A stretch of DNA of 64,000 nt from Octopus sinensis (taxonomy: Eukaryota): positions 15,500,001-15,564,000 of the forward strand of contig NC_043024.1 in the NCBI RefSeq assembly GCF_006345805.1. Reading direction: 5' to 3'. Both the position numbers and the translations under genes were made by a program. A model generated the notes under the pieces. That model had not been told where the DNA came from. It made no database searches and was given only the letters and a program-made list of their open reading frames with translations. Of this stretch, positions 38,111-51,274 are shown one piece after another; positions within the stretch are counted from its first letter, which is position 1, and each line of letters begins with the position of its first letter.

Positions 38111-39696
38111 CTGCAGAATAAGGCAATGAGAAGGCAGAATTGTTACTGCATCAGACAATATGCTTAGTGGCAATTTTTCCAGCATTATATTCTGGGTTCA
38201 CCAGGGTCTACTTTGCCTTTCATAAAATAAGTACCAGTCATGTACTGTGGTTGATGTAATCAACTTAGCCTCCACCCCCAAAATGCTGGCCTTGTGTCAA
38301 AATGTGAAATCAATATATTTACTGCAGGAGATATTAAAAAACTACCTTATCAACTTAACCATCTTCATCCCACTTCTGTTTTTGCAAGCAAATGGAAAAA
38401 CCTCTACAGAGACTCTCCCATCAGCCTGCAAGAAATACCAGCTAAATTTCCCTCACATCATCCTGCCAACTTAAAAAAAAAAACAGGAGAAAGGAAACAT
38501 AGGGTAATATGTAGTCCTAGATATATAGTGTCTGGAAAAAACCCTTCTTGTTATAAGTGCAATGCCAGAAATTTGAGGGGAGGGGACTAGTTGATTATAT
38601 CAACCTCAGGGTTCAACTGGTACTTGTTTCATTAACCCCGAAATGATGAAATGCAGGTATTCTTTGGTTATCTCACCCCCATTAAAAAATTGGGTTATTT
38701 CCCTGCCATTTTATGAAAAATATCGGTACTTTTGGTTATCTCCCCTACTTAAAAAAATTGTTCAACTCTCAATAAAACAAAATAAAAAATGAACAAAAAA
38801 AATAAAGGAACATGGATATTAAAAATATTAACAGGAAAATTGAGAAAATTAAACATCTTATTGAATCTCTTTTTCTTTTACTTGTTTCAGTCATTAGACT
38901 GTGGTCATGGTGGAGCACTGCCTTTAGCCGAGCAAATTGACCTCAGGACTGTGGCCATGCTGGGGCACTGTCTAGAAGAATCCGTTAGTTGACTGAATCA
39001 ACCTCAGGGCATTTCTTTAAGACTGTTACTTATGGTATCAGTCCCTTTGGCTAAACTGCTTAGAGGGATGTAAACACACCAATATCGGTTGTCAAGAGAT
39101 GATGGGATACACACACACACACACACAAGGGACTTATTTCAGTTTTTGTTCATCAAATTCACTCACAAAGCTTTGGTCAACCTAAGGGACTACAGAAAAA
39201 GGTACTCGCAGAAGGTGCTACACAGTGGAACTGAACCTGGAACCATGTGATTGGGAAACAAACTTCTTACCACACAGCCATAGGTGTACTCAAAGAGGGT
39301 CTGACCCAGGGCTAAACAACATAAATGTTTTTATTGATCTGTTTATCAAACCAATTCTTTTAATCACCACAGATTTCCGTGGTCATTTTAAATGTTTTAC
39401 AGTCGCTTACAAACATCAACAACAACATCAGAAACAATAATGGTAAATATCGTTAAAAAATAAACGGCGCTGTTGACTCATCGGCAGGAAATGGTATTTT
39501 TATGGCACTTCAAATAACATGTTAGAAAAATATCAGGAAATGGATAAATGACTAAAAGGAGAGGGGGGGAGACAAAACAAATAAACAAAAAAATCCAGAA
39601 AAAAACCCTACATAAAGTCTCTACATGATATTGGCACGGCACCAGTTCACTGTACTCTGAAGACTATTAGCTGCTCTAACAAGATAGAACAACAAC

Positions 39697-39731
<35 letters not shown>

Positions 39732-39734
<3 letters not shown>

Positions 39735-39879
39735 GGCGTAGGAGTGGCTGTGTGGTAAGAAGTCCCACTGCATGGCACCTTGGGCAAGTGTCTTCTACTA
39801 TAGCCTAGGGCCGACCAAAGCCTTGTGAGTGGATTTGGTAGACGGAAACTGAAAGAAGCCCGTCATATATGTGTGTGTG

Positions 39880-39914
<35 letters not shown>

Positions 39915-40560
39915 GTATGTGCGTGTGAATATGTTTGTGTGTCTGTGTTTGTTTCCCCAATATAGCTTGACAACCGATGCTGGTGTGTTTACATCTCCGT
40001 ACCTTAGCGGTTCAGCAAAAGAGACTGATAGAATAAGTACTAGGCTTACAAAGATTAAGTCCTGGGGTCGATTTGCTCGACTAAGTATGGTGCTCCAGCA
40101 TTGCCCCAGTCAAATGACTCCTTTGCCGAACCGCTAAGTTATGGGGACGTAATCAAACCAGCATCGGTTATCAAGTGATGGTGGAGGAACAAATACAGAT
40201 ACACACACACACACATACATATATATACACATATACAATGAGCTTCTTTCAGTTTCTGTCTACCAAATCCACTTACAAAGCTGTCATGCAGTGGGACTGA
40301 ACCCAGAACCAGAACCATTCCATATGTATGTATATATTTATGTGTCTCTGTGTCTGTGTTTGTCCCCCACCATCACTTGACAACTGATGTTGGTGTGTTT
40401 ACCTCCCCATAACTTATTCCATCAGTCTCTTTTGTTGAACTGCTAAGTACTAGGCTTGCAAAGAATAAGTCCTGGGGTCGATTTCTTCGACTAAAACCCT
40501 TTAAGGTGGTGGTACAGCACAGCCACAGTCAAATGACTGAAAAATGTAAAAAAATAAAAT
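39732..40560. mobile_element. Three SINE-A segments in +/-/+ orientation
   Basis: A + copy to about 40110, a minus fragment at about 40120-40300, and a + fragment at about 40330-40560. Confidence 0.75.
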
Positions 40561-40718
40561 ATATATATTATCTTTTTACATTTTCCAGTAATTTTTTTTG
40601 CTAGTTTATTTTGTCTCTTTGTCTTCTCTCCTGGTGCAGTATGAACATTTAATGTGGTTTTAGAGTCAAGTTTTGACTGCTATTTCCAGCGTCGTAGTAT
40701 CTCTTAGATACCCTAGAT

Positions 40719-40763
<45 letters not shown>

Positions 40764-41474
40764 AGGCATGACTGTGTGATAAGAAGTTTGCTTCTCAACC
40801 ACATGATTCCTGGTTCAGTCCTGCTGCATGGCACCTTGGGCAAGTGTTTTCTACTAATACCTTCAAGTTGATCAAAGCCTTGAGTGGATTTGGTTGACTG
40901 AAACTGATAAGAGCCCATCATACAAGTGTGTGTGCACTTCTGTGTGTGTCTGTCTGTGTGTTTGTGTCTGTGTGTCTTTGTGTGTGTGTGTGTGTGCCTA
41001 CCACTGCTCAATAACCAGCGTTGGAAAGTTTATGTCCCCCGCAACCTAGCAGTTCAGCAAAGGGAGACCAACAGAATAAGTACCAGGCTAAAAAAAAAAA
41101 ATAAATAAATAAACCAGTACTGGATCGGGGTCAACTCATTCAACTAAAATTCCACCAGGTGGTGCCCCAGCATGGCCACAGTCTAATGCCTGAATCAAGA
41201 TAAAAGAAAGCACCAGTTCTCCTAATAAAAAAAAAAGGGATTATCATTATCCTCCAAACTGAAGACATTAACTGCAGTGTATTAGAGATTAGTTTAAGTG
41301 ATTTAATGCAATGCAAGGTATGTGTTTGAGAATTTATGAGAGAAGACAAGGAATTAACAACTGCAATGAGAGACAATATCTGCAGAAAGTAGACATCAGG
41401 ACTGGTTGTAGATTTGCCATTGTGAAATGTCAGAGAGAGAGAGAGAGAGTGAGTGAGTGAGTGAGTGAGTGAGT

Positions 41475-41520
<46 letters not shown>

Positions 41521-42082
41521 GAGATTGCAAAGGAACACCTAACAAAAAAAATAAAGAACAATAAATAAAACTTGATAAAAGCAGAAAAAAAAAGCCAGGT
41601 GTAAATTACTAGATATGAGGAACGTACACGTCTGAAATTTTCTATCATCATCGTCATCGCCATTACAATCATTTTAATGTCTGACTTTACTATGCTTGCA
41701 TGATTCAGACAGAATTTGGTGAGGCAGTTTTTTTTTGTCTTCAGCTGGGCACCTTTCCTGTTGCCAACCCTCACCTGTCTAACAAGGTGATGTATTCCCC
41801 AACCCCCACCAACCCACCACCACCCCATGGCCAGACATGTTTCCACAGCGTATTAAAAATGAAGGACATTGATTTACAACAGTGAAGGGTGGTAAGGAGA
41901 CACAAATACCCACACACACATTTTTTTATCTCATAAGAATTTAGATGTAAACATCATAGAAATAAATACCAAACTTAAAAAATTAAGAACTGCAGTTGAT
42001 TATTTGACAAAACCCATCAAGGCAGTGCCCCAGCATGGTCACAGTAGTCCTATGGCGCAAATAAGTAAAAGATAGATATATG

Positions 42083-42113
<31 letters not shown>

Positions 42114-43155
42114 GGGTGTGTGTGTGTGTGCGCGCGTGTGTGTATTCTCTTTCATTTATTTCATTCATTTGATTGCGGCCATGCTGGAGCACTGCCTTTA
42201 GTCAAATAAATTGACCCCAGGAAATGTGGTAGAGGCCTTGATCTCAGGCCCACCCATGTCTAGAAACTGAGGTTGGGAGTAAGAAGCGCATGCTCCCCAT
42301 AGAAAATCCAGCTCCAAAAAAGCCTCATGATAGCAAAGGAAAATGGACACCAGCCAGCCCAAACGGGATGAGCTGCACCTGCCTACCACAGTTGCTATGG
42401 CATTGAGGTAGATCTGGCCACCCCCATTAACAGAGACAAAACCTGGCGATTTAAAACACTGCATGATGATGATGATGATGAGCTTCATTCTGTTTCTATC
42501 TACCGAATTGACTTACAAGGCTTTGGTCAGCCCAAGGCTAAAGTAGAGGACATTTGCACAAGGTGTCATGGAGTGGGACTGAACCCAGAACCCTGTGGTT
42601 CGTAAGCAAACTTCTTACCACACACAGTTATATACATATGTTTGTGTGATTGTGTGTATCTGTGTGTGTGTGTTAGTTAAGGAACAGGTGGAATTTCAGT
42701 TTCATTGGTCTGGTACAAAGGTTGGCAAACTCTTTTGGAAGAGGGCCAGACTGGAGATATTTCTTTGTATGGCCATCCAGCATGAATAAAATATGGAATG
42801 ATGATAATTAGAAACCTGGCTCATTTATTTGTTCCTGTTTAATTTTTCTTCTTTAAAATGTCACCAGCTGCAATGAATTAATCATCACAATCAATCAAAC
42901 GACATAGAAATGGGTTTGTGCCATCATGAACAGTGGAAAGATAAAGCATTTTTCAGTGTGTGACTAGAGGTAGATGCAGGTGTGTCTGTGTGGTTAAGAA
43001 GTCTGCTTGCCAACTGTATTGCTTTGGCTTTAGCCTCACTGTGTGACACCTTACACAGGTATCTTCTACATTAGCTGTGTGTCAACAAATATCTTGCAAG
43101 CTGATCTGACAGATGAAAATTGAAAGAAACCCATCACATACATATACACAGACAA

Positions 43156-43188
<33 letters not shown>

Positions 43189-43679
43189 CAATAATAAATA
43201 AATAAATAAATGCACCCTTTTAAAGCCTAGCCAGGCTCATGGGGTCCGGTTTCAATGGCATAGGTGTTCCCCAGCTGGATGGGACTCTAGTCCATTGCAA
43301 CGTTACTCATTTTTGCCAGCTGAGTGGACTGGAGCAACATGAAATGAAGTGTTTTGTTCAAGAACACAATGCGTCGCCCGGTCCAGGTATCGAAACCACA
43401 ATCTTACGATCATAATGCTGACACCCTAACCACTAAGCCATGTGCCTCCACACCATATATATAAATATATGATTAAAAAAAAAAAAACGCCAATGAGACT
43501 GATAATATTCGACACTGGCAAGTCTATATAACTTAATATCACGGTAAACTTACTGTAGGGAGTGGAAAAAAATCCAACATTTCAGACCGAGTTCTTCTCC
43601 AGGGTAAAGTTGACAAGAGAGAAACTAAGGGAGAGTAAGTGAACAAGAGACAGAATGTCTCTTGCTCACATACACATAC

Positions 43680-44105
43680 AGCGGCAAGCTGACAGAAACG
43701 TTAGCACGATGGGCAAAATGCTTAGCAGTATTTTGTCTGTTGTTATGTTTTGAGTTCAAATTTTGCCGAGGTTGACTTTGCCTGCTGTCATCCTTTCGGA
43801 GTCGATTAAATTAAGTACCAGTTACGCACTGGGGGCGATATAATCGACTTAATCTGTTTGACTGTCCTTGTTTGTCCTCTCTGTGTTTAGCCCCTTGTGA
43901 GTAGTAAAGAAACAGAAATAGGTATTTTGTCTGCTGTTACGTTCTGAGTTCAAATTCCGCCGAGGTCGACTTTGCCTTTCATCCTTTCAGGGTCGATAAA
44001 TTAATCAGTTACGCACTGGGGTTGATGTAATCGACTTAATCTCTTTGTCTGTCCTTGTTTGTCCCCTCTATTATTATCCCCTTGAGGGCAATAAAGAAAT
44101 AAGTG
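43680..44105 (+). mobile_element. Two tandem SINE-B copies
   Basis: Match family B, including the tgtccttgtttgtcc...ccttg...aaagaaa tail. Confidence 0.85.
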
Positions 44106-45009
44106 ACAGAATGTACATTTCTTTGTGTGTCTTTGTCTTAACATCATATGATTATATAATAGAAAAAACTAATTTCACTATCAAACAAGCAATGTCGTTC
44201 AAGTCCAGTCTTCTGTGAAACATGTCAGACCATGAGAATATATTAGCTTGTTTAGAAACCGGTGAGGGTCAGTGAAAGGAAGAGCATCCAGCTGCAGGAA
44301 ATCTGCTTTGATAAACTATCTGACCACAAGGTATCTTACCAGTCCATCAACCTAAATCTGAAATTATTTATTTACTGACAGCAGAAGAATGTGGAGCCAA
44401 GATGACTCTGGCAGGAATTGAATTCAGAATGTGCCAGATTAATTACAACAAGGTATCTTGCAATGATCCCTTTCTGTTATCTCCATCTGTGGCAAAAATG
44501 CACAACGTGAAATAGTTTTTATAGGTATTTGATCCTTGGCAAGAAAATTTAGGGCACACTCCAATCTGAGGATGCTGGAGTGAACCCCTCGTTGCATCTG
44601 TCACACCAGTTCAGGACCACTGATGTGCCTTCCTGGTCACCTGTTGAGGGTCTGGTGATGGCCCCCTCCAATCAGAATCCATGTTATTCGTCATACCTCA
44701 TATTAGTTTTATAAACCATACTTTTTTGTCCTGGTTTAGTGCATACTGGAAGAGGGTATTCATTTTGAAGTTTTCCTTCCAAATTAATTGCTTTTACCAC
44801 AGCTAAGGAGCTCGATCTACCCTTACAAAAATTTACTTAACCTATAGATGAGACTCAGACAGGTACTACCATTCTGGGTCAGAACAGACTAATAAAGGGG
44901 TGAATTCACACACACACACACACACCACAACTCCAGAGTTCCCAAAACAGAGCCTCACCACCAGATGCAGTTTAATGCCATACCCTAAATTAGAAACTAT
45001 TTATCAACT

Positions 45010-45477
45010 TTGAGGTATACTAGCCATCTCAATACGGCTAACCACTAAGGGTGGGTGTTACTGTAGCTTGTAGCCCCAGGAGAACATCGTCTCCAGCTGG
45101 CTTTAGGCACACTTTTTGTGCCCTTATGGTATTTGCAAAGGGAGGTCATCCCTCTCTCGTCAACCTAAGTGATATGCACAGACTGCAGTTTCTAGCTTTT
45201 GACCTGTCGTCGGCGTACGACAATCACCGGTTTTCGATGAAGGGAGTCCCAATGCAAATACTTATATCGTTTTTCCAGTAACTTTTCGTCACTGATCTCA
45301 AAAAACTGTATTCAAGCAATAATAAATCTCTGAACGAGATGTAAACAGTAACTGCTCGACAACGTAAAGTATAATAGCCATCTCAATATGGCTAACCACT
45401 AACGGTGGGTGTTACTGTAGCTTGTCGCCCCAGGAGAACATCGTCTCCAGCTGGCTTTAGACACACTTTCTGTGCCC
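45010..45477. mobile_element. Unclassified 468-bp element with ~111-bp direct repeats and a candidate 10-bp TSD
   Basis: 45015-45125 repeats at 45369-45479 (about 6 mismatches). tttatcaact flanks both sides (45000-45009 and 45478-45487). CpG-rich. Confidence 0.65.
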
Positions 45478-45582
45478 TTTATCAACTGATGAAGGACAAA
45501 ACACTAAGAGGACCTTGGTAGGAACTGAACTCAGAATACAAAGAGCTAAAATAAATGATCCCACTAGTTCCGTACCCTCAAT

Positions 45583-45976
45583 TACTCTTTAACTTGTTTC
45601 AGTCATTTGACTGCGGCCATGCTGGAGCACCACCTTTAGTCGAACAAATCAACCACAGGAATTATTCTTTGTAAGCCTAGTACTTATTCTATCGGTCTCT
45701 TTTGCTGAACCGCTAAGTTATGGGGATGTAAACACACTAACATCAGTTGTCAAGTGATGGTGGCGGAGAACAAACAGACACAAATACACACATACACATA
45801 TATATACATATATACGACAGGCTTCTTTCAGTTTCTGTCTACCAAATCCACTCACAAGGCTTTGGTCGGCCTGAGGCTATAGTAGAAAACACTTGCCCAA
45901 GGTGTCACGCAGTGGGGATGAACCCGGAACCATGTGGTTGGGAAGTAAGCTTCTTACCACACAGCCACTCCTGCTA
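45583..45976 (-). mobile_element. SINE family A
   Basis: Reverse-complement full match. Confidence 0.85.
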
Positions 45977-46301
45977 TAGTAATATTTTTATTTATTTATC
46001 AACTGCAAAAAGAGGAGGGATTATGAGAATTTAGACAGAAATTGAACTCAAACAACAGGGAGTCAGAATATATAACACAAGTCATGCTATTTGATGCTCT
46101 ACTGACTCTACTAAGTTCCTTTTTATTATGGGTTTTTAAACTAAAAGTAAAATAAAAACAAAATATACTAAAATTGTTAACAACATATTTCAAACATTTT
46201 GATAATTAATTTAGTAAAAATTTCAAAATCGTTAATGGTATTGACATCGATATAATGGTCTCAAGAGGGGCTGGCAGCTCTTTAATGGTTTATTTCATAA
46301 A

Positions 46302-46470
46302 CCCTACTGGATGAAGAGGCAAAGCTATGAAGTATTTGAATTATTTGATGTCCACATGGGTAGCTATAATGGGGTGGAAGTATTAGACTTGGTAGGGGTT
46401 ATATGTTTTAAACATACTTGTTAATTGATTTAAGTCCCCAGATACAGACATGATGATATGGCTGTCTTTT
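46302..46470 (+). mobile_element. Penelope-like element reverse transcriptase remnant
   Basis: PYWMKRQSYEVFELFDVHMGSYNGVEVLDLVG...RYRHDDMAV resembles the PLE RT motifs PW.KK...FDVTMGS(Y/F)DGAE.CELVG and LYRDDGLAV. Confidence 0.72.
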
Positions 46471-46520
46471 GTCTCTTCCAAAAATGTTAGGTAAAAATAA
46501 TAATAATAATAATAATAATA

Positions 46521-46553
<33 letters not shown>

Positions 46554-48242
46554 GCTGTTTAAGCTCACTTTGCAACCACATGGTTTCAGGCTCAATCCTA
46601 CTGCATGGCACCTTAGGCAAGTGTCTTCTACTGTAGCACCAGGCATTGCTCAGCCTGGTGAATGGGTTTGATAGAAGGAGAGTGTGGAAGCCAATCATTA
46701 TCGTCATCATCATCATTTAATGTCTGTTTTCCCTGCTGGCATGGGTTGGATGGTTTGACCAGAGCAGGTAAGGCCAGGGGCCACACCAGGATCAATTCTC
46801 TGTTTCAGCATGGTTTCAATGGCTTGATGCCCTTTCTAATACCAACCACTCCACTCCACAGAGCATACTGGGTACTTTTTTTCATGTGGCAACAGCACCA
46901 GTGTTTGTATCATGGCACCATCACTGGTATCAATTCTGCTGTGGCAGACTGGTCTTGAGTACAGCAAGGCACCAGATGTCTTGGTCCTTAGTCATCTCTT
47001 TCGTAAGGCTTAGTATCTTGAGATCAGCCTTCAGTACTTCATTCCATGTCTCCCTTTTCCACAACTTCCATCAACTTTAAGTGATCAGCACTTGTGTATA
47101 CAACTTTTTACAGCCATAAGCAGCATGTGTGTATATAGTGTATTCTGAGACCCCTTTCGGTCACAACAGACCATGGGGTTGCACTTAAAAAGTTACCCTC
47201 CCAGGCACAAGTCTGGGCAAGGTTGTTTTCTTTTTTTCTTATGGAAGACCAGCAGTCGCCCATGCATACCGGCCTCCCCTCTCCATGCCACCAGTGTTAT
47301 CCAAGGGAAAGGCAAAGGCTGATACAGCTTGGCATCTGTGATGTCGCAATTTATTTCTACAACTGAGTGAAATGGAGCAATGTGAAATAAAGTGTCTTGC
47401 TCAAGAATACAAGATGCAGCCCGGTGTCAGATTTGAACTCTCAACCTCACGATCGTAAGCTTGATGCTCTAACCACTGAGCCATGCACACATAAACACAT
47501 ACATACATACACAAAAAAATACGCAAGTGAATCAGCTGGAAGAAAAATTTGGCCAACCAATGCTTTGTGAGTGAATCTGATAGAAACTGAAAGAATGTGT
47601 GTGTGTGTGTGTGTGCGTGTGTGCATGCATGCACGCACATCACTGTCTCTTTGATTCACTATCATGTGATGGTTGTAAACAAGTGTGACCATCATGCAAG
47701 CGGTGTCTGTTTCCAGTTTTCCACAAAAACATGTTTAGCCACAGGGAAAAATATCACGTTACTCAGAAGCAGGTGAGTTTTGGCAACAGGAAGGACATCC
47801 AGGTATAGAAAAAAAATCCACTGCAATAAATATCTTCTGACCGATGCAAGCATGGAAAAGTGGATGTTAAAATGATGACAATACTGATGATGACACAAGC
47901 GTGATTAAACCCTTAAAAGTTCTTTACCTCAGATATCTACACCTGTAATCAAATCCTGGACTACCGTTCAAGCAATGTTGTTGTTTGGGGGTAAAAAACT
48001 GGAACTAAGCACTCTTCTGTTCAAGAAACAAAGTTTAGCCTCCTTTCAGCAACAAAACTTGTAATCAAAACACTTCCTGTTTGCATTAGGTGTGTTTATT
48101 TTTTGCGTTTTATCAAGTGACCTTCTCTGAATGTTTTTTCCTTTTGATTTTCAAGCTACAATAACAGTTAAAACCTCAAGTGCTGAGTTAGAATTCAGTG
48201 TTCTTATGTGTTTAGTGGCAAGCTGGCAGAAAAGTTAGCTGT

Positions 48243-48348
48243 TCCTCGGTAGTATAGTGGTAAGTATCCCCGCCTGTCACGCGGGAGACCGGGGCTCAAT
48301 TCCCCGCCTGTCACGCGGGAGACCGGGGCTCAATTCCCCGCCGGGGAG
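48243..48348 (+). tRNA. tRNA-Asp(GTC) gene or pseudogene with a 34-nt internal tandem duplication
   Basis: Reads TCCTCGGTAGTATAGTGGTAAGTATCCCCGCCTGTCACGCGGGAGACCGGGGCTCAAT, then repeats TCCCCGCCTGTCACGCGGGAGACCGGGGCTCAAT, then TCCCCGCCGGGGAG. The acceptor stem TCCTCGG/CCGGGGA is intact and the A box is present. The B box carries T54C. A TTTT run lies about 10 nt downstream. Confidence 0.92.
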
Positions 48349-48365
48349 GCGAGTTACTTTTGTCA

Positions 48366-48785
48366 TTGGTGTAGGAGTGACTGTGTGGTATGTAGCTTGC
48401 TTACTAACCATATGGTTCCGGATTCAGTCCCACTGTGTGGTACCTGGGGCAAGTGTCTTCTGCTATAGCCTCAGGCCGACCAAAGCCTTGCGAGTGGATT
48501 TGGTAGACGGAAACTGAAAGAAGCCCATCGTATATATGTATATATATATATGTGTGTATGTGTGTGTGTGTATATGTTTGTGTGTCTGCGTTTGTCCCCC
48601 CCCCACCAACATCACCTGACAACCAATGATGATGTGTTTACGTCCCCGTAACTTAGTGGTTCAGCAAAAGAAACCGATAGAATAAGTACTAGGCTTACAA
48701 AGAATAATTCCTGTGGTTGATTTCTTTGACTAAAGGTGGTGCTCCAGCATGGCCACAGTCAAATGACTGAAACAAGTAAAAGAGT
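48366..48785 (+). mobile_element. SINE family A
   Basis: Full match, directly downstream of the tRNA terminator. Confidence 0.85.
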
Positions 48786-48999
48786 ATGCCAGCCAAAATA
48801 TTGAGTGGAATTTTGAGTCGTTAGATTCTGAGTTCAAATTTCAGCAAAGTCGACTTAGCTTTTTGTTCTCTCAGGGTCAATAAAATAAGTTCCAGCCGAG
48901 CACAGGGGTCAATGAAATCAACTTATCCAACTCCCTTGAACTCGATGGCCTTGTGCCAAAATTTGAAACCGTTATTTATTAATGATATCATTTTTCTTT

Positions 49000-49640
49000 T
49001 AATTGTTTCAGTAATTAGACTGTGGTCATGCTGGGGCACTGCCTTGAAGAAATTTTAGTTGACTGAATCGACCCAAGAGCTTACTTTTGTCTTAAAACCT
49101 GGTACTTATTGTAGTTATTCTATTGGTCGCTTTTGCCAAACTGCTAAGTTACGGGGACATAAACACACCAACACTACTTATCGAGTGGTGGTGGTGGTGA
49201 TGGAGGGGACAAACACAGACACAAAGACACACGCACACACATACATGATGGGCTTCTTTCAGTTTCCGTCTACCAAATCCACTCACAAGGCTTTGATTGC
49301 TCGAGGCTATTGTAGAAGACATTTGCCTAAGGTGCTTTGCAGTGGGACTGAACCTCAAACCATGTGGTTGGGAAGCAAGCTTCTTTTTTTTTTTTATTGC
49401 CCACAAGGGGCTAAACATAGAGGGGACAAACAAGGACAAAGGTACAAGGTTGATTAAATTAACCCCAGTGCATAACTGGTACTTAATTTATCGACCCCGG
49501 AAAGATGAAGGGCAAAGTCGACCTCAGCGGAATTTGAACTCAGGACATAATAACAGACGAAATACTGCTACGCATTTCACCCAGTGTGCTAATGTTTCTG
49601 CCAGCTCGCTGCCTTATTACCACACAGCCATACCTGCACC
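49000..49640 (-). mobile_element. SINE-A with a nested SINE-B (about 49387-49615)
   Basis: The family A head is split at gcaagcttc|ttaccacacagcc by a minus-strand family B copy. Confidence 0.75.
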
Positions 49641-50110
49641 TATATATTTATAATTATCTATGAAGGTGCGCGGCCTGATGGTTAGGCTGTTGCGCTCACA
49701 AAACTGTTGTGGAAGGATCCTGACCACCCCCATAACTAAAAATGGACTGATGCATTTCAATAAAACAAAGAACCTGTGTAACCTTTGTCGGCAGTTGACT
49801 GTGTTGATCACTGGTATCGGATTAGTGTTAGTTTAATATCGTATCTACATTTGGCATAGTATGGAGCACGTTCTGTGTGAACATATTAATTCTGCAAAAG
49901 GTTACCCTAGATAACCGTATCCAAACATTTATTTGGGTAATACTATTCTACACCCCTAAGCACAACCCAACATCGTTATAACATTATTGGCGATGAGATA
50001 TGGTTATAGTAACAGACAAACCACAAGTATCTTTAAAATACAAAATGCAGAATCAAAGACACATAAAAAAAAAGAAAATGTCAATGCATTCATAGGTAAC
50101 CTACACTCTC

Positions 50111-50494
50111 TTACTTTCTTTTACTTGTTTCAGTCATTTGACTGCGGCCATGCTGGAGCACCACCTTTAGTCGAGCAACTCGACCCCGGGACTTATTCTT
50201 TTTGTAAGTCCAGTACTTATTCTATCGGTCTCTTTTTGCCGAACCGCTCAGTGACGGGGACGTAAACACACCAGCATCGGTTGTCAAGCAATGCTAGGGG
50301 AACAAACACAAACATATACATATATATATATATATATACGACGGGCTTCTTTCAGTTTCCGTCTAGCAAATCCACTCACAAGGCATTGGTTGGCCCGGGG
50401 CTATAGCAGAAGACACTTGCCCAAGATGCCACGCAGTGGGACTGAACCCGGAACCATGTGGTTGGTTAGCAAGCTACTTACCACACAGCCACTC
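50111..50494 (-). mobile_element. SINE family A, young CpG-intact copy
   Basis: Close match to 52510-52912. Confidence 0.88.
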
Positions 50495-51233
50495 TGCAGA
50501 AATTTGTTCATCTTTTAAATATTACATTTATTACATAATGAGTTCAACTTTTAAAGAGGTTTATATAGAGATGACGAGCTTATTATTACATGCAATAAGA
50601 ATCTTCAGCTAAACATAAATTAAGATTCTATCTTCATGATCAGAGTATAAGGAAGGATAAGAAAAGCAGAATAAAGATTAAACTTAAATGTTTAGAGATA
50701 ATTTGATTAAAGAATAAAGACTGACGATTTCTGTGCTTATCAACTGTTAACTAGAAAGGAATCTAAATTACCCTCTGCCTGTTACAATTGAACATCTGGC
50801 TCCATTCTACAACAGAATCGGTTTGTTTCTATATAAAGTTAATTTATGAGTGTCTAGCTTTTAACTCAATACATTCTTTTATATAACCACATATAGGGTA
50901 GTGTATATAGTTATATCACCATAATCATCATCGTCATTTAATGTCCATTGTCCATGCTGGCATGGGTTGGACGGTTGGACCAGGGCTGGCAAACTGCACC
51001 AGACTCCACTCTCATTTCGTATGGTTTTCTACAGCTGGATGCCCATTCTAGCACCAACCACTCAGAGTGAAATGGGTGCTTTTACATGCCACTGGCACAG
51101 GTGCCATTTGTGTGACACCAATATCTGCCACGACTGTGATTTTGCTTGGCTTCATGGGTCTTCTTCTTAAGCACGACATGATGCCAAAGGTCTGTCATTA
51201 CTTCCATGAGACACCCAATTTGCCTTCATGAGG

Positions 51234-51274
<41 letters not shown>

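Noticed and set aside
45126-45140. TGGTAT after the first direct repeat as a tRNA-Met primer-binding site (TRIM/LTR)
   Set aside because: Only 6 nt match, the repeats lack TG..CA ends, and there is no polypurine tract.
45190-45260. HDV-like or hammerhead ribozyme in the 354-nt unit
   Set aside because: The P3/L3 spacing and P1.1 GG do not fit HDV. The best hammerhead candidate (TTGACGA...GCAAA on minus) lacks the GAAA core.
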